Below, one piece after another: positions 42,634 through 52,773 of a stretch of DNA of 64,000 nucleotides. The position numbers and the translations under genes were made by a program. Below the pieces are notes generated by a model. That model worked only from the letters and a program-made list of their open reading frames with translations, did no database searches and was not told the DNA's origin. The number at the start of each line of letters is the position of its first letter. Position 1 is the first letter of the stretch. Origin of the DNA: Longimicrobiales bacterium (GTDB lineage Bacteria; Gemmatimonadota; Gemmatimonadetes; Longimicrobiales; Gaopeijiaceae). The DNA lies in the NCBI GenBank assembly GCA_965218295.1, contig CBDCKN010000002.1, positions 1 to 64,000 of the forward strand. The letters are read 5' to 3'.

Positions 42634-42676
42634 CTCACGCTGATTTGGAAGGCAGTGCTAAGGTTTAGGGATCCGA

Positions 42677-42931
42677 ATGCCGAACATCAAGAGTGCCAAG
42701 AAGCGGATGCGCTTGAGCCGCGCCGCCAACGAGCGTAACCGGGCCCAGCGGTCACGGCTGCGGACCGCTGTCAAGCGAGTCCAGCAGGCCGAAGACGCCG
42801 CCAGCGCCCAAGCCGCATACAAGCGCGTCCAGGTGCTTCTCGACCGCGCCGCCACCAGCCGGCTGATTCATCCGAATACGGTGGCGCGCATGAAGAGCAA
42901 CTTGGCACGCAGAGTAAACGGGATGGCCTAG
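42677..42931 (+). CDS. rpsT: 30S ribosomal protein S20
   Basis: MPNIKSAKKRMR..IHPNTVARMKS. Confidence 0.97.
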   Translation: MPNIKSAKKRMRLSRAANERNRAQRSRLRTAVKRVQQAEDAASAQAAYKRVQVLLDRAATSRLIHPNTVARMKSNLARRVNGMA

Positions 42932-42975
42932 GTCGTCAGCGCGAGAGGGGCTTCTGATCGCGCTGTAGGGCTTCT

Positions 42976-44265
42976 CTAGCCGTTCGACTGCCAGACGACC
43001 TCGCCCCCTACGATCGTGAACCGGGCGCGCCCGGTGAGCTCCCAGCAGTGGAATGGCGTGTTTCGACTCTTCGACAAGAAGGCCGCCCGATCCACCGTCC
43101 ACGCCTCTTCCAGGTCGATGATGGTGACATCGCCGACCGAGCCGGCGGACAGAGTCCCGCCCGGAAGGCCGAAGGCCCGCGCCGGGCCACAGCTCATGCG
43201 GTCGACCAGCATGGGCAGGTCGATGACGTCCTTGCCCACCACGTGGGTGAGAGCCAGTCCAAGGGACGTCTCGAGACCGACGATGCCGTTGGGGGCATCG
43301 TCGAAGGCCTGCTCCTTCTCGTCGTAGTGGTGAGGCGCGTGGTCGGTGGCCAGGACGCAAAGAGTCCCATCGGCCAGCCCCTGGCGGACTGCCTCGCGAT
43401 CGACGGCCGAGCGAAGGGGGGGATTCATCTTCGCGTCGGTGTCGTAGCCCTCCACCGCCTCGTCCGTGAGAACGAGGTGGTGAGGCGACGCCTCGGCCGT
43501 GACGCTCACGCCTCGCGCCTTTGCCTGCCGGATCGCCTCTACGCTGTAGGCCGTGGACACGTGCTGGAGATGGATACGGCCTCCCGTGAGCTCGGCCAGC
43601 AACAGGTCACGGACGATGTGGACGTCCTCGGAGGCGTTGGGCTTGCCTCTCAGGCCCAGCCTGGTCGATACCAGGCCCTCGTTCATGACCCCCTGCCCCG
43701 AGAGTCCCAAATCCTCCGGATGGTCCGCCACGGGCACGTCGAACGCCTGGGCGTATTCCATCGCCCGTCGCATGAGCCCAGAGTTCATGACCGGATTCCC
43801 ATCGTCGGTGATGCCGACGGCTCCGGCCTCCACCATCTCTCCGATGGCCGCTAGCTGCCGTCCCTCTTGGCCCTGCGAGATGGCGCCGACGGGATAGACC
43901 CTGGCCGCTCGGGCAGCGGCTCCCTGGGCCAGAACGAAACCGACGCCGGCCGGGTCGTCGACCACAGGATCGGTGTTGGGCATGGCGCACACGGCAGTGA
44001 ATCCACCGGCGGCCGCGGCCCTCGCTCCCGTGGCGATGGTCTCCTTGTGCTCCCCTCCGGGCTCCCGGAGGTGGACGTGGACGTCGATGAGGCCGGGAGT
44101 GATGAGCAGACCCGACGCGTCGATCTCCTGCGCCCCCTCCGGGGCGTCGAGCCCCTCGCCCACGCCGGCGACCAGCCCGTCGACGACGAGGACATCTCTC
44201 GTGGCATCCAGGTCCTGGCTGGGGTCTAGCACCCGGCCGCCTCGTATCAGAAGGGGGCGACTCAC
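42976..44265 (-). CDS. pyrC: Dihydroorotase
   Basis: [28 protein letters not shown]. Confidence 0.96.
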   Translation of the reverse strand: MSRPLLIRGGRVLDPSQDLDATRDVLVVDGLVAGVGEGLDAPEGAQEIDASGLLITPGLIDVHVHLREPGGEHKETIATGARAAAAGGFTAVCAMPNTDPVVDDPAGVGFVLAQGAAARAARVYPVGAISQGQEGRQLAAIGEMVEAGAVGITDDGNPVMNSGLMRRAMEYAQAFDVPVADHPEDLGLSGQGVMNEGLVSTRLGLRGKPNASEDVHIVRDLLLAELTGGRIHLQHVSTAYSVEAIRQAKARGVSVTAEASPHHLVLTDEAVEGYDTDAKMNPPLRSAVDREAVRQGLADGTLCVLATDHAPHHYDEKEQAFDDAPNGIVGLETSLGLALTHVVGKDVIDLPMLVDRMSCGPARAFGLPGGTLSAGSVGDVTIIDLEEAWTVDRAAFLSKSRNTPFHCWELTGRARFTIVGGEVVWQSNG

Positions 44266-45233
44266 CCCTCTCCACCCTCCTTGGCGGCCTCGGCGGTATC
44301 GGGCTCGCCTCCGGCGAGCAGGTAGAGAACCGCCATACGGACCGCCACGCCGTTCGTCACCTGCTGGAGAATCACCGAGTGCGGCCCGTCCGCGACATCA
44401 CTGTCGATCTCCACGCCGCGGTTCATGGGGCCCGGGTGCATGATGAGCAGATCCTTGGGCGCTTGATCCAGGCGACCCTGCGAGACCCCCCAAACCCGGT
44501 TGTATTCGCGCAGGCTCGGGAGGTATCCCCCCTCCATGCGCTCCAGCTGCAGACGAAGGACGTTCAATACGTCCGCCCACTCGATGGCTTCTTCGATGCG
44601 CTGGAAGACCGTCACCCCGAGATCGGAGATCCTCATGGGGAGCAGGGTCTTCGGACCGCACACGGCCACCTCGGCTCCGAGCTTGACGAGCCCGTAGATG
44701 TTGGACCGGGCCACCCTCGAGTGCAGGATGTCTCCCACGATGCAGACCTTGAGGCCCTCGATCCGGCCCAGGTGGTCCCGGATCGTGAGCATGTCCAGAA
44801 GAGCCTGCGTGGGATGCTCATGGCTTCCGTCGCCGGCGTTGATGACCATGGAGGGAATTCGCTCCGCCAGGAACTTGGCTGCGCCGGACGAGCCGTGGCG
44901 CATAACAACCATGTCGATCCTCATGGCCTCCAGGTTCCGAGCCGAGTCCACCAGGTTCTCGCCCTTCACCACGGAGGAGCCACTCGACGAGATGTTCACC
45001 GTGTCGGCGCTCAGACGCTTCTCGGCGAACTCGAAGGAGACCCGGGTTCGAGTCGAAGGCTCGAAGAAGAGATTGACGATCGTCTTTCCGCGGAGGACCG
45101 GCACCTTCTTGATGCGCCGCTCGGAGATCTCCTTGAAGGGCTCCGCGGTATCGAGGATGGTGAGAATCTGCTGACAGGTGAGGTGCTCGAGGCCGACCAG
45201 GTCCTTGCCGATGGAAGAGGCCGTTCGATTCAT
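44262..45233 (-). CDS. pyrB: Aspartate carbamoyltransferase catalytic subunit
   Basis: [30 protein letters not shown]. Confidence 0.97.
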   Translation of the reverse strand: MNRTASSIGKDLVGLEHLTCQQILTILDTAEPFKEISERRIKKVPVLRGKTIVNLFFEPSTRTRVSFEFAEKRLSADTVNISSSGSSVVKGENLVDSARNLEAMRIDMVVMRHGSSGAAKFLAERIPSMVINAGDGSHEHPTQALLDMLTIRDHLGRIEGLKVCIVGDILHSRVARSNIYGLVKLGAEVAVCGPKTLLPMRISDLGVTVFQRIEEAIEWADVLNVLRLQLERMEGGYLPSLREYNRVWGVSQGRLDQAPKDLLIMHPGPMNRGVEIDSDVADGPHSVILQQVTNGVAVRMAVLYLLAGGEPDTAEAAKEGGEG

Positions 45234-45763
45234 GCCGCCTCCGGTGAGACCGGCACGATGTCCACCGCGAGCTTGCCGTCGAGCTCGGGCACGCTCACGT
45301 CCACAGTCTGGTCGGGGAGCACCGACACCACCCGTCCCACGACATCCGGCTGAATCGGGATCTCGCGCCCGCCTCGATCGACCAGCACGCAGAGAAACAC
45401 TCGCGACGGCCGTCCCCAATCCATGAGCTCGTTCAGGGCCGCCCGAATGGTGCGTCCGGTGAAGATGACGTCGTCCACGAGCACCACCACACGCTCATCC
45501 ACCCCACCGGCTGGTAGGACGGACTCGCCCACCACCGGCCGGGGTCCGATAGCCATCAGGTCGTCCCGGTAGAGGGTGATGTCCAGGGTACCTACTGGGA
45601 GGGCCACGCCCTCTGCCCGCTCAACCTCGGCTTGGATCAGATGGGCGATCTGCACCCCGCGGCGCTGGATTCCCAGAAGGGCAAGATCGCTGGGTCCTTC
45701 GTTCTCCTCGACGAGCTCGCGGGCCATCCGTGCGACGGCCCGCCGAACCGCCTGTTCGTCCAT
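45230..45763 (-). CDS. pyrR: Bifunctional pyr regulator / UPRTase
   Basis: [34 protein letters not shown]. Confidence 0.95.
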   Translation of the reverse strand: MDEQAVRRAVARMARELVEENEGPSDLALLGIQRRGVQIAHLIQAEVERAEGVALPVGTLDITLYRDDLMAIGPRPVVGESVLPAGGVDERVVVLVDDVIFTGRTIRAALNELMDWGRPSRVFLCVLVDRGGREIPIQPDVVGRVVSVLPDQTVDVSVPELDGKLAVDIVPVSPEAA

Positions 45764-45970
45764 GATCGAGACGTGCAGTGAAAGCTCCTGTCCAGAGGCC
45801 TATATGCGCCAATCCCCGAAGGCCGATCCCCGGTGGAGCCGGCCCCCGGGGTTCGTATTACGCGTCCAGGGCGCCGGAAGGTAGACAAGGTGCCGGGGCT
45901 TTACAAGGGAACGACGGCCGGGCATCATGAACGCCGTTTGACAACACCCAACACCGTTGAAACGGCCCCT

Positions 45971-47941
45971 ATGCGTCTGAGCTCCATGTCCCGCCTCTTC
46001 CTGCTGGCGACCTCTCTCGCGGCGTTCGCACCGCAGGCCGCCCTCGCTCAGAAAGTGACCAATGCGCCGAAGGTGATCCTCGGCGGAGTGCCGTTCACAC
46101 TCGACGTTTCGGGCGGAGGTGACACCTCTCTCGGGTATGAAGTCCGAGATGCCCAGGGGACGCTTCTGAGCTCCGGGACCGTTGCCCCGAGAGAGACGGT
46201 GACGGCGACCGACTTGGTGGTTCCCGGCCGTGACGGGCTTCCGGTTACGGTCAGCATCGGTGACACCACCCATCAGATCGCACGACCGTATGCGCCCGGT
46301 TGGTTTTCGATCGTTCCACCCCTGGTCGCGATCCTCCTCGCACTGATCTTCCGAGAGGTCATCACGGCCCTTCTGGCGGGCATCTGGTTGGGCGCCCTGG
46401 CCGTGGCGGGCTATAACCCCCTCTCGGCGCTCTGGCGCACCATCGACACATATGCGGTGCCGGCCCTGGGTGACGTGGACGGGGGGCACACCCAGATCGT
46501 CGTCTTCTCCCTCCTGTTGGGCGGTCTAGTGGGCATCGTGGCCAGGAACGGCGGGACCCAGGGCATTGTCGACGCCGTGAGCCCCTTCGCCAGCACGAGC
46601 CGGCGTGGCAAGATCGCAACGTGGCTGGCAGGGCTGGCCATCTTCTTCGACGACTACGCCAACACGCTCATCGTCGGAAACACGATGCGGCCCATCACTG
46701 ATCGCCTGAAGATCTCCAGGGAGAAGCTCGCCTACATCGTGGACTCCACCGCCGCCCCTGTAGCGGCCATAGTCCCCATCTCGACATGGGTGGGATACGA
46801 GATCTCCCTCATCGCCGACGGCATGAGGATCGCTGCAGCACAGCCCGGCGCGGATCCGGCGCTCATAGAGACACTCTCGTCCGTCAGCCCGTTCGCGGTC
46901 TTCATCGCCACCGTCCCTTATCTGTTCTATCCGATTCTGGCTCTCGCTTTCGTGTTCATCACGTCCATCACCAACCGCGACTTCGGACCCATGTCCGTAG
47001 CAGAGCGTCGGGCGGCGGCCGGCGACGGGCTCTACCGCTCGGGAGCACAGCTCGCGATGGACACCTCGGACTCGCTCCTGCAGCCCGCAGAAGGGGTCGT
47101 CCCGCGGTGGTACAACGCGGCGATTCCCATAGTGACCGTGATCCTGGTGGTGTTGACCGGGCTCTACACGAGTGGGAGGGCCTCCGTGGGAGCCAACGCC
47201 CGTCTCATGGACATCTTCGGGGCCGCCGATCCCTTCGCCACGCTCCTGTGGGGTTCGTTCGCCGGCTGCTTCGTGGCCATCGTCCTCTCGGTCACCCAGC
47301 GGATCCTCTCCGTCAAGGAGTCACTGGACACCTGGCTGGCCGGCATGAAGGCGATGCTCATGGCGATGATCATCCTCACCATGGCGTGGTCACTGGGACA
47401 GATCACCAACGATCTGGGGACCGCACAGTACCTGGCTCAGATCCTAAGCGACGCGCTTCCCATCGAGGTCATCCCCATGCTGGTGTTCCTCACGGCTGCG
47501 GCCATGGCCTTCGCGACGGGAACGTCCTGGGCGACCATGGCCATCCTCATCCCCGTGGTGATCCCCCTCACCGTCAGCCTGGGAGGGGGCGAGGGCTTCA
47601 TGGTGGCCGGCGAATACTCGATCCTGCTCGGCGCCATCAGCTCGGTCCTGGCCGGAGCGATCTTCGGCGATCATTGCTCGCCGATCTCGGACACGACGGT
47701 GCTCAGCTCCACGGCGGCGGCGTGCGATCATGTGGACCACGTGAAGACCCAGCTGCCGTACGCGCTACTCGTAGCGGCCCTGGGAATAGCCATCGGTGAC
47801 CTGGGAACGGCCCTGGGCCTCCCGGTTTGGGTCGCGCTGCTGCTGGGCGTCGGGATTCTGGTGGGCTTCCTCAGGCTTCTGGGGACCTCGGTAGTCGTCC
47901 GAGATACCGACCTCGACACATATCCCCCTAGTGCCAGCTAG
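45971..47941 (+). CDS. NhaC-family Na+/H+ antiporter-like transporter with an exported N-terminal domain
   Basis: FFDDYANTLIVG, SREKLAYIVDSTAAP, FATGTSWAT, GDHCSPISDTT. Confidence 0.9.
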   Translation: MRLSSMSRLFLLATSLAAFAPQAALAQKVTNAPKVILGGVPFTLDVSGGGDTSLGYEVRDAQGTLLSSGTVAPRETVTATDLVVPGRDGLPVTVSIGDTTHQIARPYAPGWFSIVPPLVAILLALIFREVITALLAGIWLGALAVAGYNPLSALWRTIDTYAVPALGDVDGGHTQIVVFSLLLGGLVGIVARNGGTQGIVDAVSPFASTSRRGKIATWLAGLAIFFDDYANTLIVGNTMRPITDRLKISREKLAYIVDSTAAPVAAIVPISTWVGYEISLIADGMRIAAAQPGADPALIETLSSVSPFAVFIATVPYLFYPILALAFVFITSITNRDFGPMSVAERRAAAGDGLYRSGAQLAMDTSDSLLQPAEGVVPRWYNAAIPIVTVILVVLTGLYTSGRASVGANARLMDIFGAADPFATLLWGSFAGCFVAIVLSVTQRILSVKESLDTWLAGMKAMLMAMIILTMAWSLGQITNDLGTAQYLAQILSDALPIEVIPMLVFLTAAAMAFATGTSWATMAILIPVVIPLTVSLGGGEGFMVAGEYSILLGAISSVLAGAIFGDHCSPISDTTVLSSTAAACDHVDHVKTQLPYALLVAALGIAIGDLGTALGLPVWVALLLGVGILVGFLRLLGTSVVVRDTDLDTYPPSAS

Positions 47942-48043
47942 GTCGACGATGCCAGCATCCCAATCCGCCTCGGCGCCCCCCTAGAGTTCTGATCACGGTT
48001 CGATTCTGAAGTTCGGGCTGGAGTTGGGCACCGCCTCCCTACC

Positions 48044-48589
48044 CTACCCACGTCGCGCACGGAAGAACTCCTCAAGCAGTATCCCACAGGCATCGGCCAG
48101 CACCTCCCCCGTCACCTCGATCACGTGATTCAGTCGCTCGTCCTGGACCAGGTTACCAAGGCTTCCCACCATTCCGGCCCTGGGGTCCGACGCTCCGAAC
48201 ACGAGGCGCGGAAGGCGAGAGAGGACCAACGCACCGGCACACATGGCGCACGGCTCCAGGGTAACGTAGAGGGTGCACTCCAGGAGCCTCCAATCGCCGA
48301 GCCGCTCGGCAGCCTTACGGAGCACCACGACCTCCGCGTGCACCGTAGGGTCCTTGGCCGTGACGGTCAGGTTATGCCCTTCGGCCAGGAGGCGGCCGTC
48401 CCGGGTGAGCACCGCGCCCACAGGCACCTCCCCCTGCGAGCCGGCCACCCTGGCCATCTCCACGGCCCGGGCCATCCACATGGGGTCACCGGGTTGAGAT
48501 GCGGTCCAGTCGACTACGGGGGGAGGCGTGAACTCGCTCAATGCTCGACTACCGGAAGGTGGGTGCCCCGGGGAGATCCCGGCGGGCAC
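48044..48589 (-). CDS. tadA: tRNA adenosine(34) deaminase
   Basis: EVPVGAV, HAE, TLEPCAMC, FF..RR C-terminus. Confidence 0.93.
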   Translation of the reverse strand: MPAGISPGHPPSGSRALSEFTPPPVVDWTASQPGDPMWMARAVEMARVAGSQGEVPVGAVLTRDGRLLAEGHNLTVTAKDPTVHAEVVVLRKAAERLGDWRLLECTLYVTLEPCAMCAGALVLSRLPRLVFGASDPRAGMVGSLGNLVQDERLNHVIEVTGEVLADACGILLEEFFRARRG

Positions 48590-48594
48590 ATCCG

Positions 48595-49248
48595 TCAGTG
48601 GGCCGTGGTGCTGACCACGATGGGAGCGTCGTCCATCCGCCGGTAGAGGGCCACGACCCGCCCGATGAGTTGCAGCTGGGAGGGATCCTCCAACGTCGTC
48701 ACCTGTCCTCCGCCTCGCACCGGCGCGAGGTCGACGCCGCGGCCGTTGCGCGAGAACTCGTAGAAGGACGGCGCGCCCTTGATGCGCGCCACCACGATGG
48801 AGTGCTCCGCCAGCCCTTCGACCACGGCTGGCTCGATCAGCAGGTAGTCACCTTCGGCGATGTCGAAAGAGGCGAACCCCTCGCCCGTCGCACGTACGAA
48901 GAACGACCCCTTCGCACCAGCGAGCCGTCGGTCCATCGTCAGATGCATCTCGGCCTGCTCGGTGCGGAGCCCGAGCCGATCCTGCGGGAGCTCGTGATAG
49001 CAGGGTACGGAGACCGTCTGGGCGCTCAGATCCACGCCCAAGATCTTTACCCCCCGTGAGCGGGAGGGGTCTCGCTCGAGGAATCCCTTGTCGGCGAGGG
49101 CCTGGAGATGCTCCGATACGGTCTTGGTACTCTTGATACCGAACCGTTCCCCGATCTCGCGGATGGAGGGCTGATAAGTGTTGGTACGCAGATAATGCAC
49201 CATGAAGTCGAGAATCTTTCGCTCGATTTCGGTGATGCTTTGCTCCAT
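48595..49248 (-). CDS. lexA: LexA-family repressor with degenerate S24 peptidase domain
   Basis: wHTH PSIREIGERFGIKS..HLQALADKGFLER..SRGV; the C-domain fold is recognisable but lacks the AG cleavage site, catalytic Ser and catalytic Lys. Confidence 0.8.
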   Translation of the reverse strand: MEQSITEIERKILDFMVHYLRTNTYQPSIREIGERFGIKSTKTVSEHLQALADKGFLERDPSRSRGVKILGVDLSAQTVSVPCYHELPQDRLGLRTEQAEMHLTMDRRLAGAKGSFFVRATGEGFASFDIAEGDYLLIEPAVVEGLAEHSIVVARIKGAPSFYEFSRNGRGVDLAPVRGGGQVTTLEDPSQLQLIGRVVALYRRMDDAPIVVSTTAH

Positions 49249-49302
49249 CCCGGACTCCGATATTCGCGATACCGCCCCGTTGCGGTCGCCTACAGGGAGA
49301 AT

Positions 49303-49314
49303 AAACACCTGTTC
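49303..49314 (-). promoter_or_regulatory. Putative LexA operator (GAAC-N4-GTTY) in the lexA leader
   Basis: GAACAGGTGTTT on the minus strand, between a TTGACT-18-TAGGAT promoter (49354-49383) and the start codon. Confidence 0.5.
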
Positions 49315-49392
49315 CCGCCACCGAAAGGGTCTTGTGGGGGCTGGGGTGGAGACATCCTAATGCGCGGCGATCCGCCTAGTCAAGAAAGAACT

Positions 49393-50859
49393 TTAATTGC
49401 CTGCCAGAGTGGGCGTGTCAGGGACTTCGAGACGCTCGATGGCCCCGTCCAAGCGTGCCAAAACCCGCTCCCTGCCTAGAAAATCCAAGACTTCGAAGAT
49501 TCCAGGGCTCGCTTGGCGCCCCGTCACGGCCACGCGGAGCGGGTGGATCACCTTACCCGCCCCCACCGAAGCCTCCTCCGCATAACCCCTCACGATCTCC
49601 TCGAGCGTGGCTACCTCCCATGTCGCGTCAGCCAGCCTCGAGCGCAGGCTTTTCAGCCGCTCCAGGGCCTCTTCAGGCGCCTTCAGCCAGTATTTCTGGA
49701 CGGCCTCGGGGTCGAAGTCGAGCTCCTCCGAGAGGAATGGACGGGCCAGATCCACGAGATCGGGGACGCGGCGCGCCCTGGTCTTCAGGAGATCGATGAG
49801 ACTGAGATACCAGTCCCAACGGCCCTGCAGCTCCTCTCGGGTTGCCAGCCCCGCCGCCACCAGCCCCTCAGTAAGCAGAGGCTCGAGCTCCTCCGCGCTG
49901 CTGGCGTTGAAGTGCTGTCCGGAGAGCCAATCCAGCTTCTTGGCGTCGAAGACCGAGCTCTTCTTGAGGACCCGGTCCATGGAGAAGCGCTCGATGAGCT
50001 CCTCCACGGTCATGACCTCCTGATCGTCGCCGGGACTCCAACCGAGGAGCGCCAGGAAGTTGACCATGGCCTCGGCGAGGAATCCCTCTTCCTCGTACTC
50101 CCCCACCGTCGTCGCTCCATGGCGCTTGGAGAGCCGCTTTCCGTCCGAGCCGAGAATCATCGGAACGTGACCGAAGACGGGGACGGGCCAGCCCATGGCC
50201 TGGTAGATCAGAATCTGCTTTGGCGTGTTCGAGAGGTGATCGTCCCCGCGAATCACGTGGCTGATACGCTGCTCCGCATCGTCGGACGCGACCGCGAGAT
50301 TGTACGTGGGATTCCCGTCACCGCGGAGAATGACCAGATCGTCGATCTCCTCATTCTGGAACGTCATCTTGCCGTGAACCATGTCCTCCCACACCGTCTC
50401 CCCCTCCGGCACGCAGAAGCGGATCGCATGGGGAGCCCCCTTCGCCGCCAGATCCTCGGCCTCTGCAGGCGCCAGCGACTCCGCGCGCCGTCGGGGGATG
50501 CGACGGTCGGATCGCCCGCCCTTGGCCGCCTCTCTCTCCTGAGCGAGCTCCTCGGGGGTCGTGAAGTCCCGGTAAGCCTTCCCGGCGCTCAGCAAGGTCA
50601 TGGCATCCTGCCGGTGTCGCTCGACCCCCTCGCTCTGATAGTAGGGACCCTCGTCCCAGTCGAGACCCAACCAGCGGAGCCCGTGGAGGATGGCCTCGGC
50701 ATGCTCGGGCTTCGAGCGGTCCCGATCGGTGTCTTCGATGCGGAGCACGAGGGCGCCCCCGTGATGTCGCGCGAACAGCCAATTGAAGAGGGCCGTGCGC
50801 GCCCCACCGACGTGCAAGTATCCCGTGGGCGAGGGAGGGAATCGGACTCTTATCGACAT
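49393..50859 (-). CDS. gltX: Glutamate--tRNA ligase
   Basis: RFPPSPTGYLHVGGART (HIGH), RLSKRHG (KMSKS). Confidence 0.97.
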   Translation of the reverse strand: MSIRVRFPPSPTGYLHVGGARTALFNWLFARHHGGALVLRIEDTDRDRSKPEHAEAILHGLRWLGLDWDEGPYYQSEGVERHRQDAMTLLSAGKAYRDFTTPEELAQEREAAKGGRSDRRIPRRRAESLAPAEAEDLAAKGAPHAIRFCVPEGETVWEDMVHGKMTFQNEEIDDLVILRGDGNPTYNLAVASDDAEQRISHVIRGDDHLSNTPKQILIYQAMGWPVPVFGHVPMILGSDGKRLSKRHGATTVGEYEEEGFLAEAMVNFLALLGWSPGDDQEVMTVEELIERFSMDRVLKKSSVFDAKKLDWLSGQHFNASSAEELEPLLTEGLVAAGLATREELQGRWDWYLSLIDLLKTRARRVPDLVDLARPFLSEELDFDPEAVQKYWLKAPEEALERLKSLRSRLADATWEVATLEEIVRGYAEEASVGAGKVIHPLRVAVTGRQASPGIFEVLDFLGRERVLARLDGAIERLEVPDTPTLAGN

Positions 50860-50994
50860 ATTATGCAGGCCGCTTCTGCTGAGCCGCTTCTGCGGGGGCT
50901 AGAGAGATAGACCGGGCTCACAGCGCTGTAAAGGCCGGCGTTTTTGCCTTCTCCATCTGTGTTCCATAGTGTTGGCGCTTTGGAGCACACGGTG

Positions 50995-52451
50995 GAAGCT
51001 GTCCCAACCGTAGTTGAAGGTTCCTGATAGGGGAGAAAGAAAAGTGGTGGCTCCGGGGGTCCCGGGCCGATAGGCTCGGGTAGGCAAAAACCCCAACACG
51101 GAGCCACCACGATGAAGAGAACGTACGAGGTAAGGGATCGGGCGGACAAGCGCGCGATCAGGGAGTTCCTGAAGCGGGAGGGGCAGTTTCTGCTTCCGAT
51201 GCTTGAGCTCGTGGAGCAGACGGAGGTCGCGATCGACGAAGTCATCCAGGTGATGGGACGAGCGACGATCGAAGCGGTGCTGGAGATGAGCGCCGAGGGT
51301 GTGGCAGGCGTGAAGCAGGCAGGTCGGTCACGAGCGGAAGACGACACGGTGTGGTATGGCCGGCAGGGTGGTGTGGTTTACCTGTCGGACCGGAAGGTGC
51401 GTGTGGAGCGGCCACGGCTCAGGCGCCGGGGCGCCGGGGAGGGTGGCGAGGTCGAGGTGCCGGCGTACGCAGCGATGCGGAGACCGGGCGCCGTGGCGGA
51501 TCGGATGCTCGAGGTCCTGATGGCGGGGGTGAGCACGCGGAAGTACGGCCGTGTGATCGGTGAGATGGCCGACACGGTCGGGGTGAGCAAGTCGGCGGTG
51601 AGCCGTGAGACGGTCGAGGCCTCGGAGCGCGTGCTGAAGGAGCTGATGGAGCGCCGGCTGGATGCGTGGGACCTCCTGGTGATCTACCTGGACGGGATCC
51701 AGATGGGCTCGCACCACGTGCTTGCTGCGGTAGGCGTGGACTCAGACGGAAAGAAGCACGTGCTGGGCGTGAGGGAAGGAGCGAGTGAGAACGCCGAGGT
51801 GACCGGGGCGCTCCTAGAGGATCTGGTCGAGCGCGGCCTGGACCCGGGCAGGCGGCGGCTGTTCGTGATCGATGGCTCGAAAGCGCTCAGGAAGGCGATC
51901 GAGAAGGTGTTCGGCCAACGTCACCCCATCCAGCGCTGCCGCAACCACAAGCTCCGCAACGTGCTGGGTCATCTGCCGAAGGATCAGCATCCTCAGGTGA
52001 AGGCGGCGTTCCGGGCGGCGATGAAGCTGGACGCGAAGCAGGGCGAGCAGAAGCTCGAGCAGCTCGCCCGATGGCTCGAGCGCGACCACCCCTCGGCCTC
52101 GGCCAGCCTACGCGAAGGCCTCAGCGAGATGTTCACGATCAACCGGCTCGGCCTCCCGCCGCGGCTGAGGAAGTGCCTGGGCTCGACCAACCTGATCGAC
52201 AGCACCCACTCGGGCGTAAGACAGAAGACCCGCAGGGTGACCAACTGGAAGAACGGAGCGATGGCCTTGCGCTGGGCTGCGGCCTCGTTCGTGGAGACCG
52301 AGAAGAGCTACCGGAGGATCATCGGCTACGACCAGCTCTGGATGCTCAGGGCCCACCTCGACGACCATGAACCGGTTGCCGAAATGAGAAAGGCAGGCTA
52401 ACAAGGAGACTCTCCGGAGCCACCACCTTCAACTGTCAGCGGGACACCATC
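50995..52451 (+). mobile_element. IS256-family element B, copy 2 (1457 bp); 8-bp DR ACACGGTG
   Basis: Same TIRs as copy 1; DR at 50987-50994 and 52452-52459. Confidence 0.95.
51112..52401 (+). CDS. IS256-family transposase (element B)
   Basis: Protein identical to 30674-31963. Confidence 0.95.
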   Translation: MKRTYEVRDRADKRAIREFLKREGQFLLPMLELVEQTEVAIDEVIQVMGRATIEAVLEMSAEGVAGVKQAGRSRAEDDTVWYGRQGGVVYLSDRKVRVERPRLRRRGAGEGGEVEVPAYAAMRRPGAVADRMLEVLMAGVSTRKYGRVIGEMADTVGVSKSAVSRETVEASERVLKELMERRLDAWDLLVIYLDGIQMGSHHVLAAVGVDSDGKKHVLGVREGASENAEVTGALLEDLVERGLDPGRRRLFVIDGSKALRKAIEKVFGQRHPIQRCRNHKLRNVLGHLPKDQHPQVKAAFRAAMKLDAKQGEQKLEQLARWLERDHPSASASLREGLSEMFTINRLGLPPRLRKCLGSTNLIDSTHSGVRQKTRRVTNWKNGAMALRWAAASFVETEKSYRRIIGYDQLWMLRAHLDDHEPVAEMRKAG

Positions 52452-52773
52452 ACACGGTGCCAAGGCCCCGCCTGAGGGGCCCTACCCTCCAACTGGAGGC
52501 TCCGGATCATAACACAGGACTTCTCCACACGACGCCACGGTGCAGAGCTCGTAGGCGCGTCCTTCGTCGTCCTCTTTCAAGAGTTGGCGCTGATTCGGTG
52601 GCTCCCCGTAGAGGTACGGGTGGTGGGCTACTTTCCCAACCTGATACTCCTGAGTGCATTCCTGGGCTTGGGCGTGGGGGCGCTTCGGGCTCGGTCGAAA
52701 CCGATGATGTGGATGTGGCCCGTCGGACTCCTGGCACTCGTGGCCAGCGCTTGGGCCATGGGGCGAGTGGCAT

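Noticed and set aside
45764..45860. PyrR-binding attenuator upstream of pyrR
   Set aside because: The only resemblance (GTCCAGAGGCCT) is on the wrong strand and incomplete; no terminator/antiterminator seen.
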